Assembly: GCA_903915545.1 (NCBI GenBank)
Contig: CAIWTI010000038.1
Span: forward strand, 1-51,715
Direction of reading: 5' to 3'
Length of the DNA: 51,715 bases
DNA from: an uncultured Actinomycetes bacterium
Lineage (GTDB): Bacteria > Actinomycetota > Thermoleophilia > Gaiellales > Gaiellaceae
This document shows, piece by piece, positions 51,459-51,715 of this stretch; positions within the stretch are counted from its first letter, which is position 1, and every line of letters begins with the position of its first letter. The position numbers were made by a program, and so were the translations under genes. The notes under the pieces were generated by a model. The model made no database searches. It saw only the letters and a list, made by a program, of their open reading frames with translations, and was not told where the DNA came from.

Positions 51459-51715
51459 GTGACCGCGCCGGTCAAATTGGACGTGCTCGTTATTGGAAGC
51501 GGGGCCGCGGGCCTCGCTGCAGCTGTTTCTGCACAACGTGCAGGCGCACAGGCGGGTGTCGCGACAAAGGCTTCGCTGCAGGCGAATAACTCGTCGAAGG
51601 CGCAAGGTGGCATCCAGGCTGCGGTCGCCCCCGACGATTCGCCCGCCCTCCACGCGGAGGATGTCTGGAAGAGCTCGCACGAGACCGCCGACCCGCGGCT
51701 TGTCGAAGCGCTCAC
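51459..51715 (+). CDS. FAD-dependent flavoprotein, L-aspartate oxidase / succinate dehydrogenase-fumarate reductase flavoprotein family (N-terminal fragment; continues beyond window)
   Basis: Not in the track because there is no stop. GTG 51459 has GAGGA 2 nt upstream. My translation is VTAPVKLDVLVIGSGAAGLAAAVSAQRAG...SSKAQGGIQAAVAPDDSPALHAEDVWKSS, with the dinucleotide-binding GxGxxG and the AQGGI motif. Confidence 0.7.
   Translation, partial: MTAPVKLDVLVIGSGAAGLAAAVSAQRAGAQAGVATKASLQANNSSKAQGGIQAAVAPDDSPALHAEDVWKSSHETADPRLVEAL

Noticed and set aside
1-51715. Scan for CRISPR arrays, IS elements, integrases, phage genes, toxin-antitoxin pairs and defence-type ATPase/nuclease/RT modules.
   Set aside because: I saw no regularly spaced direct repeats, terminal inverted repeats or transposase or recombinase-like translations. 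Every ORF larger than 150 aa is accounted for by a metabolic, transport or envelope family, except the hypotheticals listed above.

Overview
Very GC-rich, strongly GC3-biased, gene-dense bacterial chromosomal segment. I call about 57 protein genes and recognised no rRNA, tRNA, CRISPR array, transposase or integrase. The gene content suggests a high-GC Gram-positive lineage, possibly a deep-branching Actinomycetota; this is inference only, based on futalosine-route menaquinone genes, MMPL, GtrA/DUF2029 membrane glycosyltransferases and many leaderless-looking starts. Blocks: (1) 1-3.9 kb: partial secreted GH78-like six-hairpin glycosidase, ornithine cyclodeaminase-family protein, and a DtxR/MntR repressor divergent from an mqnD-like gene. 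(2) 3.9-19.1 kb: purine salvage and catabolism supercluster. It holds an M20 allantoate-amidohydrolase-like amidase, a gpt-like PRTase, a BMP-type nucleoside ABC transporter, and a minus-strand operon ade -> deaminase -> HIU hydrolase -> OHCU decarboxylase -> PuuD urate hydroxylase -> DUF3830, divergent from a three-subunit xanthine dehydrogenase. (3) 19.1-30.2 kb: DMT transporters, crotonase, lipid kinase, an envelope glycoconjugate module (AP-superfamily enzyme, GtrA, two GT-C/DUF2029 proteins), YmdB-like phosphoesterase, a degenerate LytM protein and an AI-2E transporter. (4) 30.3-42.7 kb: respiratory cluster hemB-hemL, three small unknown ORFs, ubiD, qcrABC, ubiX, menG/ubiE, polyprenyl synthase and mqnE-mqnA-mqnC. 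(5) 42.7-48 kb: DedA, PglE/PglF-like amino-sugar genes, a compositionally odd short region and DUF354. (6) 48-51.7 kb: LysR regulator, MMPL transporter and a partial FAD flavoprotein. Many of the longest ORFs in the supplied track are N-terminally over-extended, or are alternate-frame artefacts of high GC. I reset starts using GTGA/ATGA stop-start overlaps, SD motifs or TANNNT -10 boxes. Bottom line: this is mostly core metabolism, and I see no convincing self-contained defence-like or mobile novel system. The best leads are: (a) a catalytically dead polyprenyl-synthase-like mini-protein within a GTGA-coupled trio of unknown ORFs between hemL and ubiD; (b) a DUF3830 gene tightly appended to puuD; (c) a pervasive leaderless-promoter signature; (d) a compositionally atypical 0.6 kb insert (46.3-47.0 kb); (e) an uncharacterised GtrA/GT-C envelope module.
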